Part shown: one piece after another, positions 27,518 to 37,701 of the stretch | Layout: every line of letters starts with the position of its first letter | Numbering within the stretch: position 1 is the stretch's first letter | Position numbers and translations under genes: made by a program | Notes under the pieces: model-generated | Database searches by the model: none | What the model was told of the DNA's origin: nothing | What the model saw: the letters and a program-made list of their open reading frames with translations, nothing else | Source: an uncultured Gemmatimonadaceae bacterium | Lineage (GTDB): Bacteria; Gemmatimonadota; Gemmatimonadetes; Gemmatimonadales; Gemmatimonadaceae | Length of the DNA stretch: 64,000 bases | NCBI GenBank assembly: GCA_963740355.1 | Contig: CAVUDW010000002.1 | Location: 1,824,001-1,888,000, forward strand | Direction of reading: 5' to 3'

Positions 27518-28306
27518 TCAGTACGACTTCACCATGCCACCATCCACCAGCATGGTCTGGCCGGTGATGTAGGTATTGGCTGGTGAACCAAGGAAAACCG
27601 CGAGCTTCGCCATCTCGTCGGGCACACCGTAGCGGCCGACGGGGATCGTGCGGGATGTCTCGGCACGGATCTCGTCGGTGGACTTGCCGGCCTTGGTGGC
27701 GCGCATGGTGTCGAGCTGCGTAATGCGATCGGTCTGGATGCGGCCTGGGCCAAGCACATTCGCGAGGATGCCGTCCTTGCCTACTTCCCCAGCGAGGGTC
27801 TTGGTCATGCCCAGCACGCCCATCCGGAAGGTGTTCGACAGGATCAGGTTTTCGATCGGCGACTTCACGGACGACGAGGTGAAGTTCACGATCCGACCGC
27901 CGCCGCCCTTTCGCATGTGCGGCAACGCGGCGCGAATGCTGCGGATGAAGCTCAGGAGCGTGAGGTCGAAGGCTGACAGCCACGCGGCATCATCGAACGT
28001 GTCGAACGTGCCGGCCGGCGGGCCACCTCCGTTGTTGACCAGCGTGTAGAGGCCACCAAATGCCGACACGGTCGCGTCGACCACCATCGCGATCTGCTCC
28101 GCCTGGGTCAGGTCGGCCACCGTGTAGCGCGCATCGCGTCCGGTGGTGGCCTTGATCTCCGCCACCACCGACTGGAGCTCGGCTTCACGCCGACCGCAGA
28201 CCATCACATTGGCGCCCTCGCGCGCAAACTCCAGCGCGGCGGCCTTGCCGAGGCCAGCGCTCGACGCGCAGACGAGGACGGGGACATCGGTCAGGTGCAA
28301 ATCCAT
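27518..28306 (-). CDS. SDR-family oxidoreductase
   Basis: ASSAGLG, LVNNGGGPP, PGRIQT, YITGQTMLVDGG. Confidence 0.92.
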   Translation of the reverse strand: MDLHLTDVPVLVCASSAGLGKAAALEFAREGANVMVCGRREAELQSVVAEIKATTGRDARYTVADLTQAEQIAMVVDATVSAFGGLYTLVNNGGGPPAGTFDTFDDAAWLSAFDLTLLSFIRSIRAALPHMRKGGGGRIVNFTSSSVKSPIENLILSNTFRMGVLGMTKTLAGEVGKDGILANVLGPGRIQTDRITQLDTMRATKAGKSTDEIRAETSRTIPVGRYGVPDEMAKLAVFLGSPANTYITGQTMLVDGGMVKSY

Positions 28307-28444
28307 GAGTGCGGCCGCAGTACAGGGTGAAGGGGCGCTGGGGGCTGTCGGGAAACATATCGTGCCGACGCTGGCGTTCGTACGGCTTTGCTGCGATTCT
28401 GCCTCTGTCCCAGTCGTTGTGACAGCCCCCTCTGGAGCCCGACC

Positions 28445-30295
28445 TTGCCGACGCCCGAAGAATTGCTCGACCAGCTGCACCGTGATCTCGAAGTGCACGA
28501 TCATGACGAGGAGGCTACCGGCATCGATCGACGCCAGTTCATGTTCTATTCGCTGGTGACGGCGGCGGCGACGACGTTCGGGGCGAGTGCCGCGCAGGCG
28601 CAGCGGGCGCTGGCGGCCGGCGGGGCAACGCGCTTCGCATCCGCCAGCGGCCGGTCGCTGATCGATCAGGCGCAACAGGCAGTCGCCACGCTGGGCAATG
28701 GCGAGGCACCCGCGCTGCAATTCATGCCGTATCCCGGCGGTACCGGTGCGCTGATGGAAAAGTTGGCCCGCGAACGCGGACGCACGGCCTTCGACCGCGC
28801 CGTGTTCACGGTGCCGAAGTTCACCGGGGCCGTGCCGACGAACCCGGACGATATCGCCTTCCTCCCGGCGCATCGTCTTGCGTCGATGATTCGCGAGCGG
28901 AAGATCACGTCGGTGGCGCTGACGGAGATCTACCTCGCGCGTCTCAAGCGGCTCAATCCCACGTTGCTGTGTGCGGTCACGGTGATGGAGGAGTCTGCGC
29001 GTCGAGAAGCGGCGCAGGCCGACGCCGAGCTCAAGGCCGGCAAGTATCGTGGGCCGCTGCACGGCTTGCCGTACGGCGTGAAGGATCTCTTCAACACCAA
29101 GGGCATTCCGACGACATGGGGTGCGGCGGATTTTCAGGACCGCATCATCGACGAGGACGCGGAAGTGGTCGTGCGCCTGCGCAATGCGGGCGCCGTATTG
29201 ATCGCGAAACTGTCGACCGGACTGTTCGCGCAGAACGATCAGTGGTTCCGCGGCCGCACCAACAATCCCTGGAACCTGGTGCAGGGGTCGAGTGGATCGT
29301 CCGCTGGCCCGGCGTCGGCCACGGCGGCTGGCTGTGTCGCCTTCAGCATCGGCACCGAGACGCAGGGATCGATCGTGTCGCCGGCGGTCCGCTGTGGCGT
29401 GAGCGCGTTGCGGCCGACGTTCGGGCGCGTGAGCCGACAGGGCGGCATGGTGCTGGCCTGGTCACAGGATCGCGTGGGCCCGATTTGTCGGACAGTCGAA
29501 GACTGCGCGATGGTGTTCAACGTGATCCATGGTGTCGATGAAAAGGACCCCTCCACAATCACCACGCCGTTCCAGTTCGACCGCAACATCGCGCTGCCGT
29601 CGCTCCGCATTGGCGTCGATCCGAACGCACCGAAGGAGTTCGTCGACAAGCTGAAGGAACTCGGCATGGTGCCCAAGGTCATTGGTGCACGCCCGACAGT
29701 GGCCGGCATGGCTGGCGGTGGCCTGAATGTCGAATACGCGGCCGCCTTCGACTCGTACGTCCAGCGGAAGGCAAAGGAGATCGGTCTCGACCTGAACGCC
29801 TTGCCGGAGCCGCCACGCCCCGGCACTACACCGACGCCCGCGCCGGCACCCGTGACGACGCCGCAGCCGCCCACCAATCCGATGGCGCCGGCCGATTGGA
29901 ATCCGCGTTTTGTGCAGGGACGCACCGTGCGCGCGTTCGAGTTCCTGCAGAATCAGCGTCGCCGCTACATGCTGGTGTCGGCGTGGGGCGAGTTCATGAA
30001 GGATCTGGACATGTTCATCGGCAATCCCTTTGCGGATGTCGCACCGAATGCACAGACAGGCCACCCATGCGTGGTGGTGCCATACAAGATGGATGTGCCG
30101 GTGGTGCAGGGAGGCGGCGGTGGCGCCGCGGCTGCACGACCAGCGGGGGCACCAGCCACTCCACCGGTCGAGCTCAAGCCGCAGCCGATCTGTGGCGTGA
30201 TCGTCGGTGCGCTCTACAACGACGACAAGATCCTGTCGGTGGCACACCAGTTCCAGACGCATACCGACGTGCACACCAAGCGGCCGTCGATGTAA
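28445..30295 (+). CDS. Amidase-signature family enzyme
   Basis: GPLHGLPYGVKD, GSSGSSAG, IGTETQGSI. TTG 28445 follows GGAG; start uncertain. Confidence 0.9.
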   Translation: MPTPEELLDQLHRDLEVHDHDEEATGIDRRQFMFYSLVTAAATTFGASAAQAQRALAAGGATRFASASGRSLIDQAQQAVATLGNGEAPALQFMPYPGGTGALMEKLARERGRTAFDRAVFTVPKFTGAVPTNPDDIAFLPAHRLASMIRERKITSVALTEIYLARLKRLNPTLLCAVTVMEESARREAAQADAELKAGKYRGPLHGLPYGVKDLFNTKGIPTTWGAADFQDRIIDEDAEVVVRLRNAGAVLIAKLSTGLFAQNDQWFRGRTNNPWNLVQGSSGSSAGPASATAAGCVAFSIGTETQGSIVSPAVRCGVSALRPTFGRVSRQGGMVLAWSQDRVGPICRTVEDCAMVFNVIHGVDEKDPSTITTPFQFDRNIALPSLRIGVDPNAPKEFVDKLKELGMVPKVIGARPTVAGMAGGGLNVEYAAAFDSYVQRKAKEIGLDLNALPEPPRPGTTPTPAPAPVTTPQPPTNPMAPADWNPRFVQGRTVRAFEFLQNQRRRYMLVSAWGEFMKDLDMFIGNPFADVAPNAQTGHPCVVVPYKMDVPVVQGGGGGAAAARPAGAPATPPVELKPQPICGVIVGALYNDDKILSVAHQFQTHTDVHTKRPSM

Positions 30296-30336
30296 CAGTC
30301 CTCGCTGTCAGCACCTTCCACGCCTGACGAGGCACG

Positions 30337-30861
30337 ATGCCCTCCCACGCTGACCACCAGATCGCTGTTCGGCCGGCCACGCTCGATGACGTGATCCCGG
30401 TCACAGCGATCTACAATCATTTCGTCGATCACACGGTGGTCACGTTCGAAGAGGAGCGGGTCACGCCAGTGGAGTTCGGCAAACGAATGCACGCGGTCTG
30501 GTCGGCGTCGTTGCCGTTCCTGGTTGCGGAGCAGGGAGGAGCAGTCGTTGGGTACGCCTACGCCTCGAAGTGGAAGGAACGATCGGGATATCGATTCTCG
30601 GTCGAGGCGTCGGTGTATCTCGCGCCCGACGCTGGGGGGCGCGGCATCGGCTCGTCGCTGTACGGCACGCTCTTTCCGATGCTCGAAGCGAAGGGGGTGC
30701 ACGCCGTGATGGGCGGGATCGCGCTGCCGAACGACGCCAGTGTCGCGCTGCACGAAAAGTTCGGCATGCGGAAGGTGGCGCACTTCGAGGAGACGGGATT
30801 CAAGTTCGACCGCTGGATCGATGTCGGCTACTGGGAAAGGATCTTCCCACAGAAGACATGA
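30337..30861 (+). CDS. GNAT N-acetyltransferase (phosphinothricin/ArsN1-like)
   Basis: IYNHFV..TVVTFEE, GYAYAS, GRGIG, PNDASVALHEKFG, GFKFDRWIDV. Confidence 0.9.
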   Translation: MPSHADHQIAVRPATLDDVIPVTAIYNHFVDHTVVTFEEERVTPVEFGKRMHAVWSASLPFLVAEQGGAVVGYAYASKWKERSGYRFSVEASVYLAPDAGGRGIGSSLYGTLFPMLEAKGVHAVMGGIALPNDASVALHEKFGMRKVAHFEETGFKFDRWIDVGYWERIFPQKT

Positions 30862-31019
30862 CATTCATGGCACGGCGCACCGCTCGGCATTCGCACTGAC
30901 GCGCGCGAGGTGCAGCACATCGCGCGCATGATCGTCGGGCCCACCATGCAGAACGCAGGGTGGGCCCGATGTCATTCCATCACACTGCCGCCTGCAGAAT
31001 GCCGCAGAACACTGCGGAA

Positions 31020-32029
31020 CTACTTGTTCGCCCAGAGCTGGCAGAAGGATGAGTTGTCGGTGCCCTCGATTTCGCTCCGACCCGTGACGTACACGGCGTT
31101 CATGAGCGCCTTTGGTGCGTACTTGATGTCGGTGATCTGGATGCCATGGTGCCGTCCTTCTTGGTCACGAACACCTTGCCGAAGTGGCCAAGGCCAAGCG
31201 AATGGCCCGTCTCGTGGGTGATGATCGTGTAGTTGTCGACAACATTGGCTGCCTGCGAGTTGCCCCAGGCAAAACGAGTGTTGTAGTAGATCTCGGCCAA
31301 CCCGATATCCGCGCGCCCATTGCGGTCGATGTCGGTAGGCTCGCCGGTGTCATCCACGAAATAGAACGTGAAGGTGACGCCGATGATGTTGTTGCCAGAG
31401 GGGCCGGCGAAGGCGGTGAAGAATGACGGCGCTTGCCACCCGGCTTGCACGATGTCAGAGACCTGCGCGTAGGGCCGGCCGCCGTCGCTGCCGAGGAAGA
31501 GGTTGTCGAGCAGGTCTGGGTCAAGGCCCGCCGGCACCGCAGTGCGCGTGATCGGTGCGGTGGAGCAGGTGCGGCCACGCCAGGCGGCCATCGTCTCCTC
31601 GAGAATGGGATCGAGTTCGGCGGACGGCACCTGTCGCAGTCCGGAGCCATCGGGATTCCGCGTGAATGGCTCGCGGCCCTGGCGCGGATCGAAGGCATAC
31701 GTGACGCCGATGCGGCCATCACGCCGCGGGTCGCCCGCAACCCACTCCGCCCCGATCCCGCGTGCCCGGTCGTTCGCGATCAGCGTCTGGGATGCACCGG
31801 TCCAGTTGGACGTGTCGACAATGAACTCCGCCTTGGCGACGCGGAAATGCGAACCGGAAACGGCCAACTGGGAATCGAGGTCGTTGAGGAAGGCGCTCAC
31901 CACCGGCGGATCGGCCGGCGCTGCCGCCTTCACGGCGCCCGCTGCAGATGTGGCGTCCGTGACCTGTTGATCCCCACTGCATCCAACGACGGCAACCGCT
32001 GCGGCAAGAACGAGGTACCGAGTCTTCAT
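31020..32029 (-). CDS. Metzincin (matrixin/M10-like) lipoprotein, apparent frameshift at ~31147
   Basis: Lipobox VVGC; HETGHSLGLGH. The Met-turn ALMNAVY and stop TAG (31020-31022) are in another frame and restored by adding one G. Confidence 0.75.
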
Positions 32030-32212
32030 GGTGTTGCTCCCCTGGGAATGGTGGCCCCCTCGGTCCGGCACAGACGCGGACCGGGCGCAGTGACGAACCT
32101 GCGACGGGGGCGAACTCTCACCTCGGATCAACTGGTGTCAAATCGCGGCTCACGCTCCCTCTGTTCGCCTCTGGCTCAGCCCGCCACGATTGGCCCGCCA
32201 CATTTGGCACGC

Positions 32213-32752
32213 CTATCGCCGTCGAGACTGCCGGTGTGGTACGGTCGCCACCGCCTCGATCTCGATCGCGATGTCGTCACGGAACAGGCGGCGCACTTCG
32301 ACCAGTGTGCTCGCCGGCGGTGACGCCGTGTTCAGGTAGCGGTCCCGCACCTCACGAACGACGCCGATCTGCGATGCATCGAGCACGTAGTAGTTGAGCT
32401 TCACCACATCGCGAAACGTGGCGCCACCCGAGGCCAGCGCGCGCCCGAGATTCTCGAAGACCTGCACGACCTGCGCGCGGAAATCGCCGGCGCCGATGAG
32501 CACGCCGGTCGAATCGAGCGGGACCTGACCCGCGATGAACAGCATGCGGCTCCCCGCAGGCACATCGGCGACATGCGAATAGCCGCGGGGAGCAGAGAGC
32601 GTTGGTGGATTGACGAAGCGCGTCGAATCTGGCGCGCGCTGCGCGGCGGCCCACTCGGGTGTCAAACACGACGCAGCAAGTGTGGACAACATCGCCCAAT
32701 GCCGCATCCGGTGGCGGGTGTGTATCACTGACTCCCCCAGCATGGCATTCAC
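32213..32752 (-). CDS. RidA/YjgF/UK114 family protein with signal-peptide-like N-terminus
   Basis: GYSH, FIAGQV, VVKLN, IEIEAVA. Start may be 32752, 32707 or 32692. Confidence 0.88.
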   Translation of the reverse strand: MNAMLGESVIHTRHRMRHWAMLSTLAASCLTPEWAAAQRAPDSTRFVNPPTLSAPRGYSHVADVPAGSRMLFIAGQVPLDSTGVLIGAGDFRAQVVQVFENLGRALASGGATFRDVVKLNYYVLDASQIGVVREVRDRYLNTASPPASTLVEVRRLFRDDIAIEIEAVATVPHRQSRRR

Positions 32753-35700
32753 TCGAAGATCACCGGCATCGTCACGCCAAGCTTCGCGGCCTTGGCCTGG
32801 AATGCATTGAGGTCATTCGCGACGAGGTTGCCGAACTGCTTCTTCAACCCCTCCAATTGCTCGCGCAGCATGCCGTACACCGCCACGTGCTGATCAGTGG
32901 GCCGGAAGTCCGAGCTCGATGCCGCCACATCACTCCCAACCGAGGCCAACTTTTCGTAGAGTTGGTTGGGTGTGCGGAACGCATCCTCACGGGCGCCCGT
33001 GAGGGCAATGTCGTACAACTTGCCCTCGATCTCGAGCACACGCTTCTCGACCACATCGATCTCCTTCAGGAAGCCTTCGGCATCGGCGATCGACAGGTCA
33101 CGACCGGGCGATGGGCCGAACTCACGCAGGTCTTTCAGGCGCTCGCGCAGGTTGCTGCGCAGCTGTTCAAAACCTCTGCGGCTCCACTCCGATTCGTCGA
33201 TCAAGGCGACGGTCTCGTTGAGCGCGTCGCGGATGCGCAACGCCAGCGCGACCTGTGCGGTGATGTCGGCATCGGTGCCTTCGCTGTTCGGATCGCGACG
33301 CACCTCGAGCTTCTGTCGCAACGTGTCGCCCTTCCACACCATGGCGACGGTGTACATGCCGGGCGGAACGAGCGGCCCCACCTGCCCACCTACGAGGTCG
33401 AGATCCCATGGTACCAGTGGGCGTGAGTCGAGCACGCGAAGCGCAGTGTTGCCGGGTGGTGCGGTACGCAGCTTCGCCTTGCGAGGGCCCTCATGGCGCA
33501 GATCCCACAAGGCGCGATTGAGCCCGCGCTTCGCTGGCGCACCCTTGAACTTCCGGATCAGCGCCCCGCTGGCGTCGTAGATGCGGAAGTTCACGGAATC
33601 CTTGGCGGTGGAATCGGTCGGTACCGACGCCACGGTGTAGTTGATCGTCGCCGCCAGCGGCGGGTCTTCACCATTCACGAGCGAGTTGGTGGCGCCAGTG
33701 GGTGTCGACACCTTGCGGAAGCGATAGGCGGCGCGCATCGGGAGCAACGCAGCGGGCTTCGATCGCAGCGAATCGGACATCGATCGCAGGTACGAGATAT
33801 CATCCGCAATCCAGAAACCTCGCCCATACGTGGCAACCACGAGATCGTGGAAGTGACCCTGAATCTGCAGCCAGCTCACCGGTGCGTGGGGCAGGCCACC
33901 ATTGATCTCGATCCAGTGCGCCCCGTCATCGAGCGAGACGTACAACGCATTCTCGGTGCCGGCATACAGCATTCCGCGACGCACGGGATCCTCGCGCACG
34001 ACATGGACGTAGCTGAAGACACTCTTCGGGATGTCGCTGTTGATGCGAACCCAGGTGCGGCCGTAATCGGTGGTGCGATAGATGTACGGATCGCGATCGT
34101 TTATGAGATGTGCATCGACCGCCATGTACGCCGTCCCAGCGTCGTACTTGCTCGGCTCGATGTTGGTGATCGTGCTCCACTTGGGCAGGCTCGGTACGTT
34201 GGCCGTGAGGTTGGTCCAGGTCTTTCCACCATCCCGCGTCACATGCACCAACCCGTCCATGGTCCCCGCCCAGATGAGATCCTTCTGCACGGGTGACTCG
34301 GCAATGGCAAACAACACCGTCACGTTTTCGACGAACAGGTTGTCGGTCACCAGCCCACCAGAGGACTGCTGCTTGGTGGTGTCGTTGGTCGAGAGGTCCG
34401 GCGAGATGATGGTCCAGGTCTGGCCGCCGTTGGTGGTCTTGTGAATGACCTGCGAGCCGACGTAGACGGTGTTGTGGTCGAACGGCGATATGTGGATGGG
34501 GAACGTCCACTGAAAGCGGTACTTGAGATCCTTGGGCGCGACGCCATACCCGGCTTCCGGCCACGGCTCGACGGCGCGTGACATGCGCGTCTGCAAGTCG
34601 AATCGCTCGAGCCCTGCGTCATAACACCCGCTCCAGATGGTGCGATTGTCCACAGTGTCGGGAATGGCCCAACCACTCTCGCAGCCACCCACCGCACTCC
34701 ACACGCCAACGGATCGCGATCCGCGCGAATTACTCGGGCCGCCATACGAATACCCATCCTGACGATTGCCGTAGAGGTTGTACGGAATCCTGGTATCGGT
34801 GGCCACGTGGTACATCTGGGCGTTCGGAAGGGCGATGCGCGTGAACGACTTGCCGCCATCGAGCGTGATGCCCACACCGCCGTCATCACCAACCATGAAT
34901 CGATCGGCATCCTTGGGGTCCCACCAGATGTCGTGCAGATCACCGCCAGCACGCGGCGCATTGGGCATCTTGGTCACGCCACCATCGCTGGTACCCACAA
35001 AGCGCACGCCGGTGATGTAGAGCCGGTCGGCTTCGGTGGGACTGACGGCGAATCGGGTGTAGTACTGCGGGCGCTCGAGGATGTCGTGATCACGATTGAC
35101 CGACCGCCAGCTCCGACCACCATCATCGGATCGATAGAGCGCGGGCTCCTTCATCTCGATCAGCGCGTACACGCGATTGGGATCGCTGCGCGCCACGCCC
35201 AGCCCGATCTTGCCCATGGTGCCGATCTTGGGCAGGCCCTTGCCCCAGCCGGTGCCGTCGGCGCCACCATCGAGGCGAACCCACGTGTCACCGGCATCTC
35301 GTGACATCCAGATCCCGCTGCCGGAGCCGCCCGAGTGTTTGTCCCACGGCACGATGTACTGCTGCCAGCTCGCGGCAAACAGCACCCGGGGATTGGTGGG
35401 GTCCATCGAGACATCGATGATGCCGGTGCTGTCGTTCACGAACAGCACCTTCTTCCACTGCTTGCCACCATCCATGGTGCGCCACAGCCCGCGATCGGCC
35501 TGCGGCCCATAACCGTGCCCCTGCGCCGCCGCGTACACGATCTCGGGGTTCGTCGGATGGATCAACACTCGACCGATACGCCCGCTGTTCTCGAGGCCCA
35601 TGCGATCCCAGTGCTGGCCGGCGTCGGTGGATCGGTACATACCATCGCCGATCGAGACGTTGCTGCGGAGGAACGTCTCACCAGTGCCGAACCAGACGAC

Positions 35701-36024
35701 GTTCGGATCGCTGGGCGCAACGGCCACTGCGCTGACGGATGCCACGCGGAGTGAATCGGTGACGGGGACCCAGCGACTACCGCCGTTCGTACTCTTGAAG
35801 AGTCCGCCGCTGGCCGCGCCGGCATAGTAGGTCCGGTACTCACCTGGCACACCGGCAACCGCGATGACGCGATTGCCGTCCGGGCCAACGAACCGCCAAC
35901 TGGGGACCTTGATGAAACCGGTGTCGAGGCCGGGCCGCGCCGCCGCCGCAGGTGCCGCGGCCCGCTGAGCGAGAAGGAGGCCGGGAAGCAGGCCGAGTGC
36001 GGACAGCGTGGTACGGAAGCGCAT
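32749..36024 (-). CDS. VPS10/sortilin-like BNR(Asp-box)-repeat exported protein (GH74-like propellers)
   Basis: Many SxDxGxxW boxes (STNGGSRW, STDAGQHW, SDDGGRSW, TTDYGRTW); signal peptide from ATG 36024; coiled C-terminus. Confidence 0.9.
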   Translation of the reverse strand: MRFRTTLSALGLLPGLLLAQRAAAPAAAARPGLDTGFIKVPSWRFVGPDGNRVIAVAGVPGEYRTYYAGAASGGLFKSTNGGSRWVPVTDSLRVASVSAVAVAPSDPNVVWFGTGETFLRSNVSIGDGMYRSTDAGQHWDRMGLENSGRIGRVLIHPTNPEIVYAAAQGHGYGPQADRGLWRTMDGGKQWKKVLFVNDSTGIIDVSMDPTNPRVLFAASWQQYIVPWDKHSGGSGSGIWMSRDAGDTWVRLDGGADGTGWGKGLPKIGTMGKIGLGVARSDPNRVYALIEMKEPALYRSDDGGRSWRSVNRDHDILERPQYYTRFAVSPTEADRLYITGVRFVGTSDGGVTKMPNAPRAGGDLHDIWWDPKDADRFMVGDDGGVGITLDGGKSFTRIALPNAQMYHVATDTRIPYNLYGNRQDGYSYGGPSNSRGSRSVGVWSAVGGCESGWAIPDTVDNRTIWSGCYDAGLERFDLQTRMSRAVEPWPEAGYGVAPKDLKYRFQWTFPIHISPFDHNTVYVGSQVIHKTTNGGQTWTIISPDLSTNDTTKQQSSGGLVTDNLFVENVTVLFAIAESPVQKDLIWAGTMDGLVHVTRDGGKTWTNLTANVPSLPKWSTITNIEPSKYDAGTAYMAVDAHLINDRDPYIYRTTDYGRTWVRINSDIPKSVFSYVHVVREDPVRRGMLYAGTENALYVSLDDGAHWIEINGGLPHAPVSWLQIQGHFHDLVVATYGRGFWIADDISYLRSMSDSLRSKPAALLPMRAAYRFRKVSTPTGATNSLVNGEDPPLAATINYTVASVPTDSTAKDSVNFRIYDASGALIRKFKGAPAKRGLNRALWDLRHEGPRKAKLRTAPPGNTALRVLDSRPLVPWDLDLVGGQVGPLVPPGMYTVAMVWKGDTLRQKLEVRRDPNSEGTDADITAQVALALRIRDALNETVALIDESEWSRRGFEQLRSNLRERLKDLREFGPSPGRDLSIADAEGFLKEIDVVEKRVLEIEGKLYDIALTGAREDAFRTPNQLYEKLASVGSDVAASSSDFRPTDQHVAVYGMLREQLEGLKKQFGNLVANDLNAFQAKAAKLGVTMPVIFE

Positions 36025-36225
36025 GACGGTTGGGCAGAAGCTGGAGAGACGGGTTCGACTCAGTCCCCGAATGTGCCATCTGCCCACACCGGACGGGAGT
36101 GTGAGATCGGTCTTCCCCAGATTCGCTCGGCGTGAGCCAGTTCGGCGCGATCCGCCGCGTGTGGATGTGGGCAGCTCCGAATCACGCTCACCCCGCCCCT
36201 GGCTTTCCTGCACCGAGAGGACACG

Positions 36226-36960
36226 ATGACCGCAATTCCTTCGCACACGCCGCGCGCCACATCCGTCGCCACCGCCGATGGTACGCTCCGCGTCCAGACG
36301 AGCCGCCTGGCGCTGGCCGCCGCCCTTTCGCTCACCCTGGTGGGCTGCAAGGGCAGCAAGGATTCCCCGACGCAGCCGGTCGTGATCCCAACGACGTCTC
36401 GATCCACCGTGGTGCCGACCACGACGTCGGGGTACGTCGAAGCGCGGACCTCTCAGATCGTGTCGAATGGCGCAGGGCCGTCGCAGGTGTTCGACGACTT
36501 CACCCTGACGGGCGCGACCACAATCCGCACGGTTGGATGGCAGGGCATCTACTGCGTGCAGCAGCCGAACGCTGCGGCACCGGCACCGACGGCCACGGCG
36601 TTCACTGTCAGCTTCTACTCCGACGTCTCGGGTCGTCCCAACACGGCGGCGCCGATCCAGACCTCGACGTATACGCTCGCCCAGACGGCACAGACGTTCG
36701 ACAAAAACGTCTCTGGTCTGACCTGCGGCACCGCAGCCAACACGACATGGCCGTTCTATCGGTACTCGGTGACGTTGACGACGCCGTTCGTGGTGACGCC
36801 GAACACGAAGTACTGGGTCAGCGTGCAGGCGCGCACGCCGTCGTACGACGTGTACTGGGGCTGGCGCGATGGCACGGTGGACAACAGCCTGTCGCTGCAA
36901 CTGTTCAACGGCACGTACACGACGTTCCCGATCGACCGGGCGTACTCGCTGACGCCGTGA
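36226..36960 (+). CDS. Hypothetical lipoprotein (beta-sandwich-like)
   Basis: GAGAGG RBS; lipobox LVGC; DDFTL...YWVSV motifs. Confidence 0.7.
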   Translation: MTAIPSHTPRATSVATADGTLRVQTSRLALAAALSLTLVGCKGSKDSPTQPVVIPTTSRSTVVPTTTSGYVEARTSQIVSNGAGPSQVFDDFTLTGATTIRTVGWQGIYCVQQPNAAAPAPTATAFTVSFYSDVSGRPNTAAPIQTSTYTLAQTAQTFDKNVSGLTCGTAANTTWPFYRYSVTLTTPFVVTPNTKYWVSVQARTPSYDVYWGWRDGTVDNSLSLQLFNGTYTTFPIDRAYSLTP

Positions 36961-37122
36961 TGCATTGACGAGGGCGCTGGGATCCCTAGCGCTCTCGCCG
37001 CAACTTCTTCCTACACGCGCGATTTTGGTGATGCTTGCACCTGTTCGGTGTGCGATATTCGAAGGGTGAATGCGATAGTGGCGCATGCGGACGCGCCCTT
37101 CCTTTTACCTGGAGCGACACCA

Positions 37123-37701
37123 ATGGCTGAGCGATCGCCCTACAGAAAGGATTGGACGGTCACGGAGCTTCGCGGGCTGCCGGCTGACGGCAATCGGTAC
37201 GAGATCATCGACGGTGTGCTTCACGTGACGCCGTCGCCGAAGGTGGTTCACCAGCGGGCGGTGCTCGAGCTCTTGCTGCGGATTGGCCCATACGCGAAGG
37301 CCGTCGGTCTCGATCCGATGGTCTCGCCGGCCGATCTCGTGTTCTCGGATTCGACGCTCGTGCAGCCGGATCTGTTCGTCCTGCCGCGGGTGGACGGGAG
37401 AGGAATCCAGCGATGGGAAGACTTCACGTCGCTTGTGCTTGCGGTCGAGGTGTTCTCTCGGTCCACGCATCGCCGTGACCGGACGGAAAAGCGTGACCTG
37501 TATCAGAGGCAGCGCGTTCCCGAGTACTGGATCGTCGACATCGACGCGCATGTGGTGGCGCTTTGGCGGCCGGAATCACGGGTGCCTGAAGTCATGGGAT
37601 CGCTGTTGTTCTGGCAGCCGGTTTCGGAGTTCGAGCCGCTATTGATCGATCTGGTTGAATTCTTCGATTCCGTGCGGGATGATCGCCGGAGTGAGCACTA
37701 G
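37123..37701 (+). CDS. Uma2-family (PD-(D/E)XK) endonuclease
   Basis: RYEIIDG, VQPDL, LAVEVFS, KRDLY, EYWIVD; GGAG RBS. Confidence 0.9.
   Translation: MAERSPYRKDWTVTELRGLPADGNRYEIIDGVLHVTPSPKVVHQRAVLELLLRIGPYAKAVGLDPMVSPADLVFSDSTLVQPDLFVLPRVDGRGIQRWEDFTSLVLAVEVFSRSTHRRDRTEKRDLYQRQRVPEYWIVDIDAHVVALWRPESRVPEVMGSLLFWQPVSEFEPLLIDLVEFFDSVRDDRRSEH

Noticed and set aside
28307..29062. N-terminal extension of the SDR (514-aa ORF)
   Set aside because: Antisense to the amidase; the SDR fold starts at 28306.
30337..30861. Arsenic-resistance locus (ArsN1)
   Set aside because: No ars genes nearby; substrate cannot be inferred from motifs alone.
36025..37086. 1445-aa giant ORF extension of the VPS10 protein
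   Set aside because: It is the antisense shadow of the + strand lipoprotein gene; the real signal peptide starts at 36024.
37123..37701. Uma2 as a restriction or defence system
   Set aside because: Solo gene with no methylase or partner; such genes are common multicopy singletons.
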